Shown here piece by piece: positions 14,069 through 29,000 of a stretch of 64,000 nucleotides of DNA. The position numbers were made by a program, and so were the translations under genes. The first letter of the stretch is position 1. Each line of letters opens with the position of its first letter. The notes below the pieces were generated by a model. The model made no database searches. It was not told where the DNA came from and saw only the letters and a list, made by a program, of their open reading frames with translations. This stretch comes from Auanema rhodensis. Its lineage: Eukaryota; Animalia; Nematoda. The stretch spans positions 20,150,001-20,214,000 of the forward strand of contig OZ059898.1 in NCBI GenBank assembly GCA_964057225.1, written 5' to 3'.

Positions 14069-17000
14069 AAATGTACACGTGATGTGCACTTGGTATGTAA
14101 CTCGCTTCACGTGGAAGATGAAGAGATGCGGTTTTCAAAATTAGATTTCGCATGTCCATATTAGTCTAAAAACAAATTTTTATTGATATTGGTTCATGGT
14201 AACCATGACTTTGAAATTTACGTGAACTTTAATTTATACTAATTAAGTGTACACATGATGTGCACTTGGTATGTAACTCGCTTCACGTGGAAGATGAAGA
14301 GATGCGGTTTTCAAAATTAGATTTCGCATGTCCATATTAGTCTAAAAACAAATTTTTATTGATATTGGTGCATGGTAACCATGACTTTGAAATTTACGTG
14401 AACTTTAATTTATGCTAATTAAGTGTACACATGATGTGCACTTGGTATGTAACTCGCTTCACGTGAAAGATAAAGAGATGCGGTTTACAAAATTAGATTT
14501 CGCATGTCCATATTAGTCTAAAAACAAAGTTTTATTGATATTGGTGCATGGTAACCATGACTTTGAAATTTACGTGAACTTTAATTTATGCTAATTAAGT
14601 GTACACGTGATGTGCACTTGGTATGTAACTCGCTTCACGTGAAAGATAAAGAGATGCGGTTTTTAAAATTAGATTCCGCATGTCCATATTAGTCTAAAAA
14701 CAAATTTTTATTAATATTGGTGCATGGTAACTATGACTTTGAAATTTACGTGAACTTCAATTTATGCTAATTAAGTGTACACATGATGTGCACTTGGTAT
14801 GTAACTCGCTTCACGTGAAAGATAAAGAGATGCGGTTTACAAAATTAGATTTCGCATGTCCATATTAGTCTAAAAACAAAGTTTTATTGATATTGGTGCA
14901 TGGTAACCATGACTTTGAAATTTACGTGAACTTTAATTTATGCTAATTAAGTGTACACGTGATGTGCACTTGGTATGTAACTCGCTTCACGTGAAAGATA
15001 AAGAGATGCGGTTTACAAAATTAGATTTCGCATGTCCATATTAGTCTAAAAACAAAGTTTTATTGATATTGGTGCATGGTAACTATGACTTTGAAATTTA
15101 CGTGAACTTTAATTTATGCTAATTAAGTGTACACATGATGTGCACTTGGTATGTAACTCGCTTCACGTGAAAGATAAAGAGATGCGGTTTTCAAAATTAG
15201 ATTCCGCATGTCCATATTAGTCTAAAAACAAATTTTTATTAATATTGGTGCATGGTAACTATGACTTTGAAATTTACGTGAACTTCAATTTATGCTAATT
15301 AAGTGTACACATGATGTGCACTTGGTATGTAACTCGCTTCACGTGAAAGATAAAGAGATGCGGTTTACAAAATTAGATTTCGCATGTCCATATTAGTCTA
15401 AAAACAAAGTTTTATTGATATTGGTGCATGGTAACCATGACTTTGAAATTTACGTGAACTTTAATTTATGCTAATTAAGTGTACACGTGATGTGCACTTG
15501 GTATGTAACTCGCTTCACGTGAAAGATAAAGAGATGCGGTTTTCAAAATTAGATTCCGCATGTCCATATTAGTCTAAAAACAAATTTTTATTAATATTGG
15601 TGCATGGTAACTATGACTTTGAAATTTACGTGAACTTTAATTTATGCTAATTAAGTGTACACATGATGTGCACTTGGTATGTAACTCGCTTCACGTGAAA
15701 GATAAAGAGATGCGGTTTTCAAAATTAGATTCCTCATGTCCATATTAGTCTAAAAACGAATTTTTATTGATATTGATGCATGGTAACCATGAGTTTGAAA
15801 TTTACGTGAACTTTAATTTATGCTTATTAAGTGTACACGTGATGTGCACTTGGTATGTAACTCGCTTCACGTGAAAGATAAAGGGATGCGGTTTTCAAAA
15901 TTAGATTCCCCATGTCCATATTAGTCTAAAAACAAATTATTATTGATATTGGTGCATGGTAACCATGACTTTGAAATTTACGTGAACTTTAATTTATGCT
16001 AATTAAGTGTACACATGATGTGCACTTGGTATGTAACTCGCTTCACGTGAAAGATAAAGAGATGCGGTTTACAAAATTAGATTTCGCATGTCCATATTAG
16101 TCTAAAAACAAATTTTTATTGATATTGGTGCATGGTAACCATGACTTTGAAATTTACGTGAACTTTAATTTATGCTAATTAAGTGTACACATGATGTGCA
16201 CTTGGTATGTAACTCGCTTCACGTGAAAGATAAAGAGATGCGGTTTACAAAATTAGATTTCGCATGTCCATATTAGTCTAAAAACAAAGTTTTATTGATA
16301 TTGGTGCATGGTAACCATGACTTTGAAATTTACGTGAACTTTAATTTATGCTAATTAAGTGTACACGTGATGTGCACTTGGTATGTAACTCGCTTCACGT
16401 GAAAGATAAAGAGATGCGGTTTACAAAATTAGATTTCGCATGTCCATATTAGTCTAAAAACAAAGTTTTATTGATATTGGTGCATGGTAACTATGACTTT
16501 GAAATTTACGTGAACTTTAATTTATGCTAATTAAGTGTACACATGATGTGCACTTGGTATGTAACTCGCTTCACGTGAAAGATAAAGAGATGCGGTTTTC
16601 AAAATTAGATTCCTCATGTCCATATTAGTCTAAAAACGAATTTTTATTGATATTGATGCATGGTAACCATGAGTTTGAAATTTACGTGAACTTTAATTTA
16701 TGCTTATTAAGTGTACACGTGATGTGCACTTGGTATGTAACTCGCTTCACGTGAAAGATAAAGGGATGCGGTTTTCAAAATTAGATTCCCCATGTCCATA
16801 TTAGTCTAAAAACAAATTATTATTGATATTGGTGCATGGTAACCATGACTTTGAAATTTACGTGAACTTTAATTTATGCTAATTAAGTGTACACATGATG
16901 TGCACTTGGTATGTAACTCGCTTCACGTGAAAGATAAAGAGATGCGGTTTACAAAATTAGATTTCGCATGTCCATATTAGTCTAAAAACAAATTTTTATT

Positions 17001-20000
17001 GATATTGGTGCATGGTAACCATGACTTTGAAATTTACGTGAACTTTAATTTATGCTAATTAAGTGTACACATGATGTGCACTTGGTATGTAACTCGCTTC
17101 ACGTGAAAGATAAAGAGATGCGGTTTTCAAAATTAGATTCCCCATGTCCATATTAGTCTAAAAACAAATTTTTATTAATATTGGTGCATGGTAACTATGA
17201 CTTTGAAATTTACGTGAACTTCAATTTATGCTAATTAAGTGTACACATGATGTGCACTTGGTATGTAACTCGCTTCACGTGAAAGATAAAGAGATGCGGT
17301 TTACAAAATTAGATTTCGCATGTCCATATTAGTCTAAAAACAAAGTTTTATTGATATTGGTGCATGGTAACCATGACTTTGAAATTTACGTGAACTTTAA
17401 TTTATGCTAATTAAGTGTACACGTGATGTGCACTTGGTATGTAACTCGCTTCACGTGAAAGATAAAGAGATGCGGTTTTCAAAATTAGATTCCGCATGTC
17501 CATATTAGTCTAAAAACAAATTTTTATTAATATTGGTGCATGGTAACTATGACTTTGAAATTTACGTGAACTTTAATTTATGCTAATTAAGTGTACACAT
17601 GATGTGCACTTGGTATGTAACTCGCTTCACGTGAAAGATAAAGAGATGCGGTTTTCAAAATTAGATTCCTCATGTCCATATTAGTCTAAAAACGAATTTT
17701 TATTGATATTGATGCATGGTAACCATGAGTTTGAAATTTACGTGAACTTTAATTTATGCTTATTAAGTGTACACGTGATGTGCACTTGGTATGTAACTCG
17801 CTTCACGTGAAAGATAAAGGGATGCGGTTTTCAAAATTAGATTCCCCATGTCCATATTAGTCTAAAAACAAATTATTATTGATATTGGTGCATGGTAACC
17901 ATGACTTTGAAATTTACGTGAACTTTAATTTATGCTTATTAAGTGTACACGTGATGTGCACTTGGTATGTAACTCGCTTCACGTGAAAGATAAAGGGATG
18001 CGGTTTTCAAAATTAGATTCCCCATGTCCATATTAGTCTAAAAACAAATTATTATTGATATTGGTGCATGGTAACCATGACTTTGAAATTTACGTGAACT
18101 TTAATTTATGCTAATTAAGTGTACACATGATGTGCACTTGGTATGTAACTCGCTTCACGTGAAAGATAAAGAGATGCGGTTCACAAAATTAGATTTCGCA
18201 TGTCCATATTAGTCTAAAAACAAATTTTTATTGATATTGGTGCATGGTAACCATGACTTTGAAATTTACGTGAACTTTAATTTATGCTAATTAAGTGTAC
18301 ACATGATGTGCACTTGGTATGTAACTCGCTTCACGTGAAAGATAAAGAGATGCGGTTTTCAAAATTAGATTCCCCATGTCCATATTAGTCTAAAAACAAA
18401 TTTTTATTAATATTGGTGCATGGTAACTATGACTTTGAAATTTACGTGAACTTCAATTTATGCTAATTAAGTGTACACATGATGTGCACTTGGTATGTAA
18501 CTCGCTTCACGTGAAAGATAAAGAGATGCGGTTTACAAAATTAGATTTCGCATGTCCATATTAGTCTAAAAACAAAGTTTTATTGATATTGGTGCATGGT
18601 AACCATGACTTTGAAATTTACGTGAACTTTAATTTATGCTAATTAAGTGTACACGTGATGTGCACTTGGTATGTAACTCGCTTCACGTGAAAGATAAAGA
18701 GATGCGGTTTTCAAAATTAGATTCCGCATGTCCATATTAGTCTAAAAACAAATTTTTATTAATATTGGTGCATGGTAACTATGACTTTGAAATTTACGTG
18801 AACTTTAATTTATGCTAATTAAGTGTACACATGATGTGCACTTGGTATGTAACTCGCTTCACGTGAAAGATAAAGAGATGCGGTTTTCAAAATTAGATTC
18901 CTCATGTCCATATTAGTCTAAAAACGAATTTTTATTGATATTGATGCATGGTAACCATGAGTTTGAAATTTACGTGAACTTTAATTTATGCTTATTAAGT
19001 GTACACGTGATGTGCACTTGGTATGTAACTCGCTTCACGTGAAAGATAAAGGAATGCGGTTTTCAAAATTAGATTCCCCATGTCCATATTAGTCTAAAAA
19101 CAAATTATTATTGATATTGGTGCATGGTAACCATGACTTTGAAATTTACGTGAACTTTAATTTATGCTAATTAAGTGTACACATGATGTGCACTTGGTAT
19201 GTAACTCGCTTCACGTGAAAGATAAAGAGATGCGGTTTACAAAATTAGATTTCGCATGTCCATATTAGTCTAAAAACAAATTTTTATTGATATTGGTGCA
19301 TGGTAACCATGACTTTGAAATTTACGTGAACTTTAATTTATGCTAATTAAGTGTACACATGATGTGCACTTGGTATGTAACTCGCTTCACGTGAAAGATA
19401 AAGAGATGCGGTTTACAAAATTAGATTTCGCATGTCCATATTAGTCTAAAAACAAAGTTTTATTGATATTGGTGCATGGTAACCATGACTTTGAAATTTA
19501 CGTGAACTTTAATTTATGCTAATTAAGTGTACACGTGATGTGCACTTGGTATGTAACTCGCTTCACGTGAAAGATAAAGAGATGCGGTTTTCAAAATTAG
19601 ATTCCGCATGTCCATATTAGTCTAAAAACAAATTTTTATTAATATTGGTGCATGGTAACTATGACTTTGAAATTTACGTGAACTTCAATTTATGCTAATT
19701 AAGTGTACACATGATGTGCACTTGGTATGTAACTCGCTTCACGTGAAAGATAAAGAGATGCGGTTTACAAAATTAGATTTCGCATGTCCATATTAGTCTA
19801 AAAACAAAGTTTTATTGATATTGGTGCATGGTAACCATGACTTTGAAATTTACGTGAACTTTAATTTATGCTAATTAAGTGTACACGTGATGTGCACTTG
19901 GTATGTAACTCGCTTCACGTGAAAGATAAAGAGATGCGGTTTTCAAAATTAGATTCCGCATGTCCATATTAGTCTAAAAACAAATTTTTATTAATATTGG

Positions 20001-23000
20001 TGCATGGTAACTATGACTTTGAAATTTACGTGAACTTTAATTTATGCTAATTAAGTGTACACATGATGTGCACTTGGTATGTAACTCGCTTCACGTGAAA
20101 GATAAAGAGATGCGGTTTTCAAAATTAGATTCCTCATGTCCATATTAGTCTAAAAACGAATTTTTATTGATATTGATGCATGGTAACCATGAGTTTGAAA
20201 TTTACGTGAACTTTAATTTATGCTTATTAAGTGTACACGTGATGTGCACTTGGTATGTAACTCGCTTCACGTGAAAGATAAAGGGATGCGGTTTTCAAAA
20301 TTAGATTCCCCATGTCCATATTAGTCTAAAAACAAATTATTATTGATATTGGTGCATGGTAACCATGACTTTGAAATTTACGTGAACTTTAATTTATGCT
20401 AATTAAGTGTACACATGATGTGCACTTGGTATGTAACTCGCTTCACGTGAAAGATAAAGAGATGCGGTTTACAAAATTAGATTTCGCATGTCCATATTAG
20501 TCTAAAAACAAATTTTTATTGATATTGGTGCATGGTAACCATGACTTTGAAATTTACGTGAACTTTAATTTATGCTAATTAAGTGTACACATGATGTGCA
20601 CTTGGTATGTAACTCGCTTCACGTGAAAGATAAAGAGATGCGGTTTACAAAATTAGATTTCGCATGTCCATATTAGTCTAAAAACAAAGTTTTATTGATA
20701 TTGGTGCATGGTAACCATGACTTTGAAATTTACGTGAACTTTAATTTATGCTAATTAAGTGTACACGTGATGTGCACTTGGTATGTAACTCGCTTAACGT
20801 GAAAGATAAAGAGATGCGGTTTTCAAAATTAGATTCCGCATGTCCATATTAGTCTAAAAACAAATTTTTATTAATATTGGTGCATGGTAACTATGACTTT
20901 GAAATTTACGTGAACTTTAATTTATGCTAATTAAGTGTACACATGATGTGCACTTGGTATGTAACTCGCTTCACGTGAAAGATAAAGAGATGCGGTTTTC
21001 AAAATTAGATTCCGCATGTCCATATTAGTCTAAAAACAAATTTTTATTGATATTGGTGCATGGTAACCATGACTTTGAAATTTACGTGAACTTTAATTTA
21101 TGCTAATTAAGTGTACACGTGATGTGCACTTGGTATGTAACTCGCTTCACGTGAAAGATAAAGAGATGCGGTTTTCAAAATTAGATTCCCCATGTCCATA
21201 TTAGTCTAAAAACAAATTTTTATTGATATTGGTGCATGGTAACTATGACTTTGAAATTTACGTGAACTTTAATTTATGCTAATTAAGTGTACACATGATG
21301 TGCACTTGGTATGTAACTCGCTTCACGTCAAAGATAAAGAGATGCGGTTTTCAAAATTAGATTCCTCATGTCCATATTAGTCTAAAAACAAATTTTTATT
21401 GATATTGGTGCATGGTAACCATGACTTTGAAATTTACGTGAACTTTAATTTATGCTAATTAAGTGTACACATGATGTGCACTTGGTATGTAACTCGCTTC
21501 ACGTGAAAGATAAAGAGATGCGGTTTACAAAATTAGATTTCGCATGTCCATATTAGTCTAAAAACAAAGTTTTATTGATATTGGTGCATGGTAACCATGA
21601 CTTTGAAATTTACGTGAACTTTAATTTATGCTAATTAAGTGTACACGTGATGTGCACTTGGTATGTAACTCGCTTCACGTGAAAGATAAAGAGATGCGGT
21701 TTACAAAATTAGATTTCGCATGTCCATATTAGTCTAAAAACAAAGTTTTATTGATATTGGTGCATGGTAACTATGACTTTGAAATTTACGTGAACTTTAA
21801 TTTATGCTAATTAAGTGTACACATGATGTGCACTTGGTATGTAACTCGCTTCACGTGAAAGATAAAGAGATGCGGTTTTCAAAATTAGATTCCTCATGTC
21901 CATATTAGTCTAAAAACGAATTTTTATTGATATTGATGCATGGTAACCATGAGTTTGAAATTTACGTGAACTTTAATTTATGCTTATTAAGTGTACACGT
22001 GATGTGCACTTGGTATGTAACTCGCTTCACGTGAAAGATAAAGGGATGCGGTTTTCAAAATTAGATTCCCCATGTCCATATTAGTCTAAAAACAAATTAT
22101 TATTGATATTGGTGCATGGTAACCATGACTTTGAAATTTACGTGAACTTTAATTTATGCTAATTAAGTGTACACATGATGTGCACTTGGTATGTAACTCG
22201 CTTCACGTGAAAGATAAAGAGATGCGGTTTACAAAATTAGATTTCGCATGTCCATATTAGTCTAAAAACAAATTTTTATTGATATTGGTGCATGGTAACC
22301 ATGACTTTGAAATTTACGTGAACTTTAATTTATGCTAATTAAGTGTACACATGATGTGCACTTGGTATGTAACTCGCTTCACGTGAAAGATAAAGAGATG
22401 CGGTTTTCAAAATTAGATTCCCCATGTCCATATTAGTCTAAAAACAAATTTTTATTAATATTGGTGCATGGTAACTATGACTTTGAAATTTACGTGAACT
22501 TCAATTTATGCTAATTAAGTGTACACATGATGTGCACTTGGTATGTAACTCGCTTCACGTGAAAGATAAAGAGATGCGGTTTACAAAATTAGATTTCGCA
22601 TGTCCATATTAGTCTAAAAACAAAGTTTTATTGATATTGGTGCATGGTAACCATGACTTTGAAATTTACGTGAACTTTAATTTATGCTAATTAAGTGTAC
22701 ACGTGATGTGCACTTGGTATGTAACTCGCTTCACGTGAAAGATAAAGAGATGCGGTTTTCAAAATTAGATTCCGCATGTCCATATTAGTCTAAAAACAAA
22801 TTTTTATTAATATTGGTGCATGGTAACTATGACTTTGAAATTTACGTGAACTTTAATTTATGCTAATTAAGTGTACACATGATGTGCACTTGGTATGTAA
22901 CTCGCTTCACGTGAAAGATAAAGAGATGCGGTTTTCAAAATTAGATTCCTCATGTCCATATTAGTCTAAAAACGAATTTTTATTGATATTGATGCATGGT

Positions 23001-26000
23001 AACCATGAGTTTGAAATTTACGTGAACTTTAATTTATGCTTATTAAGTGTACACGTGATGTGCACTTGGTATGTAACTCGCTTCACGTGAAAGATAAAGG
23101 GATGCGGTTTTCAAAATTAGATTCCCCATGTCCATATTAGTCTAAAAACAAATTATTATTGATATTGGTGCATGGTAACCATGACTTTGAAATTTACGTG
23201 AACTTTAATTTATGCTTATTAAGTGTACACGTGATGTGCACTTGGTATGTAACTCGCTTCACGTGAAAGATAAAGGGATGCGGTTTTCAAAATTAGATTC
23301 CCCATGTCCATATTAGTCTAAAAACAAATTATTATTGATATTGGTGCATGGTAACCATGACTTTGAAATTTACGTGAACTTTAATTTATGCTAATTAAGT
23401 GTACACATGATGTGCACTTGGTATGTAACTCGCTTCACGTGAAAGATAAAGAGATGCGGTTTACAAAATTAGATTTCGCATGTCCATATTAGTCTAAAAA
23501 CAAATTTTTATTGATATTGGTGCATGGTAACCATGACTTTGAAATTTACGTGAACTTTAATTTATGCTAATTAAGTGTACACATGATGTGCACTTGGTAT
23601 GTAACTCGCTTCACGTGAAAGATAAAGAGATGCGGTTTTCAAAATTAGATTCCCCATGTCCATATTAGTCTAAAAACAAATTTTTATTAATATTGGTGCA
23701 TGGTAACTATGACTTTGAAATTTACGTGAACTTCAATTTATGCTAATTAAGTGTACACATGATGTGCACTTGGTATGTAACTCGCTTCACGTGAAAGATA
23801 AAGAGATGCGGTTTACAAAATTAGATTTCGCATGTCCATATTAGTCTAAAAACAAAGTTTTATTGATATTGGTGCATGGTAACCATGACTTTGAAATTTA
23901 CGTGAACTTTAATTTATGCTAATTAAGTGTACACGTGATGTGCACTTGGTATGTAACTCGCTTCACGTGAAAGATAAAGAGATGCGGTTTTCAAAATTAG
24001 ATTCCGCATGTCCATATTAGTCTAAAAACAAATTTTTATTAATATTGGTGCATGGTAACTATGACTTTGAAATTTACGTGAACTTTAATTTATGCTAATT
24101 AAGTGTACACATGATGTGCACTTGGTATGTAACTCGCTTCACGTGAAAGATAAAGAGATGCGGTTTTCAAAATTAGATTCCTCATGTCCATATTAGTCTA
24201 AAAACGAATTTTTATTGATATTGATGCATGGTAACCATGAGTTTGAAATTTACGTGAACTTTAATTTATGCTTATTAAGTGTACACGTGATGTGCACTTG
24301 GTATGTAACTCGCTTCACGTGAAAGATAAAGGAATGCGGTTTTCAAAATTAGATTCCCCATGTCCATATTAGTCTAAAAACAAATTATTATTGATATTGG
24401 TGCATGGTAACCATGACTTTGAAATTTACGTGAACTTTAATTTATGCTAATTAAGTGTACACATGATGTGCACTTGGTATGTAACTCGCTTCACGTGAAA
24501 GATAAAGAGATGCGGTTTACAAAATTAGATTTCGCATGTCCATATTAGTCTAAAAACAAATTTTTATTGATATTGGTGCATGGTAACCATGACTTTGAAA
24601 TTTACGTGAACTTTAATTTATGCTAATTAAGTGTACACATGATGTGCACTTGGTATGTAACTCGCTTCACGTGAAAGATAAAGAGATGCGGTTTACAAAA
24701 TTAGATTTCGCATGTCCATATTAGTCTAAAAACAAAGTTTTATTGATATTGGTGCATGGTAACCATGACTTTGAAATTTACGTGAACTTTAATTTATGCT
24801 AATTAAGTGTACACGTGATGTGCACTTGGTATGTAACTCGCTTCACGTGAAAGATAAAGAGATGCGGTTTTCAAAATTAGATTCCGCATGTCCATATTAG
24901 TCTAAAAACAAATTTTTATTAATATTGGTGCATGGTAACTATGACTTTGAAATTTACGTGAACTTCAATTTATGCTAATTAAGTGTACACATGATGTGCA
25001 CTTGGTATGTAACTCGCTTCACGTGAAAGATAAAGAGATGCGGTTTACAAAATTAGATTTCGCATGTCCATATTAGTCTAAAAACAAAGTTTTATTGATA
25101 TTGGTGCATGGTAACCATGACTTTGAAATTTACGTGAACTTTAATTTATGCTAATTAAGTGTACACGTGATGTGCACTTGGTATGTAACTCGCTTCACGT
25201 GAAAGATAAAGAGATGCGGTTTTCAAAATTAGATTCCGCATGTCCATATTAGTCTAAAAACAAATTTTTATTAATATTGGTGCATGGTAACTATGACTTT
25301 GAAATTTACGTGAACTTTAATTTATGCTAATTAAGTGTACACATGATGTGCACTTGGTATGTAACTCGCTTCACGTGAAAGATAAAGAGATGCGGTTTTC
25401 AAAATTAGATTCCTCATGTCCATATTAGTCTAAAAACGAATTTTTATTGATATTGATGCATGGTAACCATGAGTTTGAAATTTACGTGAACTTTAATTTA
25501 TGCTTATTAAGTGTACACGTGATGTGCACTTGGTATGTAACTCGCTTCACGTGAAAGATAAAGGGATGCGGTTTTCAAAATTAGATTCCCCATGTCCATA
25601 TTAGTCTAAAAACAAATTATTATTGATATTGGTGCATGGTAACCATGACTTTGAAATTTACGTGAACTTTAATTTATGCTAATTAAGTGTACACATGATG
25701 TGCACTTGGTATGTAACTCGCTTCACGTGAAAGATAAAGAGATGCGGTTTACAAAATTAGATTTCGCATGTCCATATTAGTCTAAAAACAAATTTTTATT
25801 GATATTGGTGCATGGTAACCATGACTTTGAAATTTACGTGAACTTTAATTTATGCTAATTAAGTGTACACATGATGTGCACTTGGTATGTAACTCGCTTC
25901 ACGTGAAAGATAAAGAGATGAGGTTTTCAAAATTAGATTCCGCATGTCCATATTAGTCTAAAAACAAATTTTTATTGATATTGGTGCATGGTAACCATGA

Positions 26001-29000
26001 CTTTGAAATTTACGTGAACTTTAATTTATGCTAATTAAGTGTACACGTGATGTGCACTTGGTATGTAACTCGCTTCACGTGAAAGATAAAGAGATGCGGT
26101 TTTCAAAATTAGATTCCCCATGTCCATATTAGTCTAAAAACAAATTTTTATTGATATTGGTGCATGGTAACTATGACTTTGAAATTTACGTGAACTTTAA
26201 TTTATGCTAATTAAGTGTACACATGATTTGCACTTGGTATGTAACTCGCTTCACGTCAAAGATAAAGAGATGCGGTTTTCAAAATTAGATTTCGTATGTC
26301 CATATTAGTCTAAAAACAAATTTTTATTGATATTGGTGCATGGTAACCATGACTTTGAAATTTACGTGAACTTTAATTTATGCTAATTAAGTGTACACAT
26401 GATGTGCACTTGGTATGTAACTCGCTTCACGTGAAAGATAAAGAGATGCGGTTTTCAAAATCAGATTTCGCATGTCCATATTAGTCTAAAAACAAATTTT
26501 TATTGATATTGGTGCATGGTAACCATGACTTTGAAATTTACGTGAACTTTAATTTATGCTAATTAAGTGTACACGTGATGTGCACTTGGTATGTAACTCG
26601 CTTCACGTGAAAGATAAAGAGATGCGGTTTTCAAAATTAGATTCCGCATGTCCATATTAGTCTAAAAACAAATTTTTATTAATATTGGTGCATGGTAACC
26701 ATGACTTTTAAATTTACGTGTACTTTAATTTATGCTAATTAAGTGTACACGTGATGTGCACTTGGTATGTAACTCGCTTAACGTGAAAGATAAAGAGATG
26801 CGGTTTTCAAAATTAGATTCCGCATGTCCATATTAGTCTAAAAACAAATTTTTATTAATATTGGTGCATGGTAACTATGACTTTGAAATTTACGTGAACT
26901 TTAATTTATGCTAATTAAGTGTACACATGATGTGCACTTGGTATGTAACTCGCTTCACGTGAAAGATAAAGAGATGCGGTTTTCAAAATTAGATTCCGCA
27001 TGTCCATATTAGTCTAAAAACAAATTTTTATTGATATTGGTGCATGGTAACCATGACTTTGAAATTTACGTGAACTTTAATTTATGCTAATTGAGTGTAC
27101 ACGTGATGTGCACTTGGTATGTAACTCGCTTCACGTGAAAGATAAAGAGATGCGGTTTTCAAAATTAGATTCCCCATGTCCATATTAGTCTAAAAACAAA
27201 TTTTTATTGATATTGGTGCATGGTAACTATGACTTTGAAATTTACGTGAACTTTAATTTATGCTAATTAAGTGTACACATGATGTGCACTTGGTATGTAA
27301 CTCGCTTCACGTCAAAGATAAAGAGATGCGGTTTTCAAAATTAGATTTCGCATGTCCATATTAGTCTAAAAACAAATTTTTATTGATATTGGTGCATGGT
27401 AACCATGACTTTGAAATTTACGTGAACTTTAATTTATGCTAATTAAGTGTACACATGATGTGCACTTGGTATGTAACTCGCTTCACGTGAAAGATAAAGA
27501 GATGCGGTTTTCAAAATCAGATTTCGCATGTCCATATTAGTCTAAAAACAAATTTTTATTGATATTGGTGCATGGTAACCATGACTTTGAAATTTACGTG
27601 AACTTTAATTTATGCTAATTAAGTGTACACGTGATGTGCACTTGGTATGTAACTCGCTTCACGTGAAAGATAAAGAGATGCGGTTTTCAAAATTAGATTC
27701 CGCATGTTCATATTAGTCTAAAAACAAATTTTTATTGATATTGGTGCATGGTAACTATGACTTTGAAATTTACGTGAATTTTAATTTATGCTAATTAAGT
27801 GTACACATGATGTGCACTTGGTATGTAACTCGCTTCACGTCAAAGATAAAGAGATGCGGTTTTCAAAATTAGATTTCGCATGTCCATATTAGTCTAAAAA
27901 CAAATTTTTATTGATATTGGTGCATGGTAACCATGACTTTGAAATTTACGTGAACTTTAATTTATGCTAATTAAGTGTACACGTGATGTGCACTTGGTAT
28001 GTAACTCGCTTCACGTGAAAGATAAAGAGATGCGGTTTTCAAAATTAGATTCCGCATGTCCATATTAGTCTAAAAACAAATTTTTATTGATATTGGTGCA
28101 TGGTAACCATGACTTTGAAATTTACGTGAACTTTAATTTATGCTAATTAAGTGTACACGTGATGTGCACTTGGTATGTAACTCGCTTCACGTGAAAGATA
28201 AAGAGATGCGGTTTTCAAAATTAGATTCCTCATGTCCATATTAGTCTAAAAACGAATTTTTATTGATATTGATGCATGGTAACCATGACTTTGAAATTTA
28301 CGTGAACTTTAATTTATGCTTATTAAGTGTACATGTGATGTGCACTTGGTATGTAACTCGCTTCACGGGAAAGATAAAGGGATGCGGTTTTCAAGATTAG
28401 ATTCCCCGTGTCCATATTAGTCTAAAAACAAATTTTTGTTGATATTGGTGGATGGTAACCATGACTTTGAAATTTACGTGAACTTTAATTTATGCTAATT
28501 AAGTGTACACGTGATGTGCACTTGGTATGTAACTCGCTTCACGTGAAAGATAAAGAGATTCGGTTTTCAAAATTAGATTCCCCATGTCCATATTAGTCTA
28601 AAAACAAATTTTTATTGATATTGGTGCATGGTAACCATGACTTTGAAATTTACGTGAACTTTAATTTATGCTAATTAAGTGTACTCGTGATGTGCACTTG
28701 GTATGTAACTCGCTTCACGTGAAAGATAAAGAGATGCGGTTTTCAAAATTAGATTCCTCATGTCCATATTAGTCTAAAAACAAATTTTTATTGGTATTGG
28801 TGCATGGCAACTATGACTTTTAAATTTACGTGTACTTTAATTTATGCTAATTAAGTGTACACATGATGTGCACTTGGTATGTAACTCGCTTCACGTCAAA
28901 GATAAAGAGATGCGGTTTTCAAAATTAGATTCCTCATGTCCATATTAGTCTAAAAACAAATTTTTATTAATATTGGTGCATGGTAACCATGACTTTTAAA

